NCBI RefSeq assembly: GCF_006345805.1
Contig: NC_042997.1
Coordinates: forward strand, 79,980,001 to 80,044,000
DNA length: 64,000 nt
From: Octopus sinensis
Taxonomy: Eukaryota
Reading direction: 5' to 3'
This document shows, piece after piece, positions 62,171 to 64,000 of this stretch (position 1 is its first letter; every line of letters starts with the position of its first letter). Made by a program: the position numbers and the translations under genes. The notes beneath the pieces are model-generated. The model did not search any database. It was not told the origin of the DNA and saw only the letters and a program-made list of their open reading frames with translations.

Positions 62171-64000
62171 AGGGTATCCATTCTTTTCATTAATTGTTTT
62201 CCTGTTTTAATATTTCAAATTCCCAAACCTTTTAACCCTATTTCTCTACAGTAATCTATCCCAATCTGGCAACACATTGCAGTGTGTGTTATTCCTTAAA
62301 AGCAACTTATTCTGCCAACTACTAACTCAATTGCTCCCACTTTAAATAGTCGTAAACAAATTCTTCTTTTGTCACCTTGATTTATTCCTTCCTCTGATAG
62401 TAAAAGGGAAAGGGTAGATGAAAGAGAAGGTGTGTCTGTAGGCCAGAAGTTGGAGTGTCCAGGGGTAACTTCATGTCAATCACTTACATGGTTTTTCTTT
62501 GTACACAGTCTAAGATATCTATATGTGTAGTAGTAATACCATCCCAAATAAGAGAGCAGTACAGCTTAATAGGTTTTATGAGTTTTATGGAGGTTTATTA
62601 CTTGTTGGAAGCTGAGTGTTTTTTGTGGTCTTTGTAATGCAAACTTTGCTCAGATCAGAATGTGCTTTTGCCAAGACAGCTTCTCAGTAATATGAGGCAC
62701 AGTGTTTGTAGCAGCCTTGTGGCTTCTATTTATATACTGTTCATATTTAGTGAAGTGGGGGTACAATATTGATTTATGTGTTGTGATTGTGTTTTTATGC
62801 AGTTGAAGGGGAGAAAATTGACATGACCCATATTGATATACATAATAAACATTGACACAACTGCATCACAAAGACTAGGCAGATTTTCAAACCAACAAAG
62901 TAGTTAATCTCTCATTAGTTGTTCTTTACAATTCAAATGCAACCTGCAACTCTCATTGGAGTACTGCTAATATATCTGAAACTGTGCTGCTAGAAACACA
63001 CACATGCACCTCCACACCCTCCCACACACATCTTTGACTACACCCCAAAAATACCATCAGCAAAGATACAACTTTAGCTCTTTAGCAAAGATACAACTTT
63101 AGCTCTTTTTGTTCTGTTTCCATTACCACAATAGCTTCTGCTTCTCCAGAGTAGCTAGAAGCCTACCTTTTCCTTGCAAACTGACCCAACATAGCATAAC
63201 CATCTCTCCCTGAGTAACATAACCATCTTTCCCCACCAAACACATTGCCCAATCCTTTTCCTTCACATAGCTATAAACCTTTGTAATTCCTACTCATGCA
63301 CTCACATTTTTCCTATAGACATTAACCTACAAATGTTCATTAACCTATAAATTTTCAAGCTGAACCTCAACTGCATTAGCCTCACAAGTCAGGAAATGAG
63401 GGAGGGGGAAGTACAAAATCTATCCTGCTCCCCCATTGCTAACTTAAATTTTAAAATCTTGGGTGTAAATTTATCCAGCAACTAAAGTATGGTCCTCAGT
63501 ATTCTTCATGCAGCCATAATTTATACTTTTTTGCTTTCTCACCTAAAAACAATGATTGGTTTCTGTAAATCATGGGCTCTTGGTTCAATGGAATTAATTT
63601 TCTTTTCTCTGAAATTCATAGTACTATCTTGAAAGATTCTATGATCTTTCTTTCACTAACTTAAATTCTCGGTTTTTTCATCCTTCTTGTAGATGTAGTT
63701 TGAGGTAGGGTGAGGTGGATGGCATAACTTGTAATAGAAAGGAGGTGAAAATGTCTTGTGGTATTTAGTTATGTCCCTTTAAGTTCTGACTACAAATCCT
63801 GATGAAGTTGATTTTGCCTTTCAACCTTTCAGGGTTTATATAATGACTATTGTGACCTTTTGCTGATGTTAGAAATTATAATGAGTGGAAGACACAACAC
63901 AGTACAGTGTTCCAAGCTCAAATCCCATCTGCATCCCTCCAGATAAATAAAATAAATACCATTTATTCTCTTAACTTATCCATTTCCTGAAACTATTTGG

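Noticed and set aside
61546-62171. Hydrophobic ORFs mimicking multi-pass membrane proteins
   Set aside because: All three frames are open because the tract is almost pure C/T; no splice or homology support.
63060-63109. 25-bp tandem duplication GCAAAGATACAACTTTAGCTCTTT(A/T)
   Set aside because: Isolated slippage duplication with no functional context.

Overview
AT-rich, microsatellite-dense animal DNA, most likely Octopus (inferred from the recognisable SINE/RTE/Penelope repeat families). (1) Ten consecutive + strand exons (1184-21125, all GT-AG, 845 nt, one open frame) of a voltage-gated calcium channel alpha2delta subunit gene, covering the first dCache segment, the whole VWA domain and the start of the next Cache segment. 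(2) A 100-N scaffold gap at 22274-22373, after which I found no further exon of that gene. (3) A signal-peptide exon at 56346-56491 that looks like exon 1 of an alpha2delta gene, lying downstream of the internal exons. (4) A dense transposon landscape: Penelope-like elements, RTE LINEs, a CR1-group LINE remnant, a CsRn1-like Gypsy LTR element, a solo LTR, a hAT element with TIRs and TSD nested in an RTE, Helitrons, foldback MITEs and two tRNA-derived SINE families. Best leads: an apparently intact type I hammerhead ribozyme (47010-47116, minus strand) in a small ORF-less element, a minimal hammerhead variant and several decayed ones, the alpha2delta gene-order puzzle, and a recursive-splice-type AG|GTAAGA at a coding exon start. 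All analysis was by eye and no searches were run. Transposon boundaries are approximate unless TIRs or TSDs are quoted.
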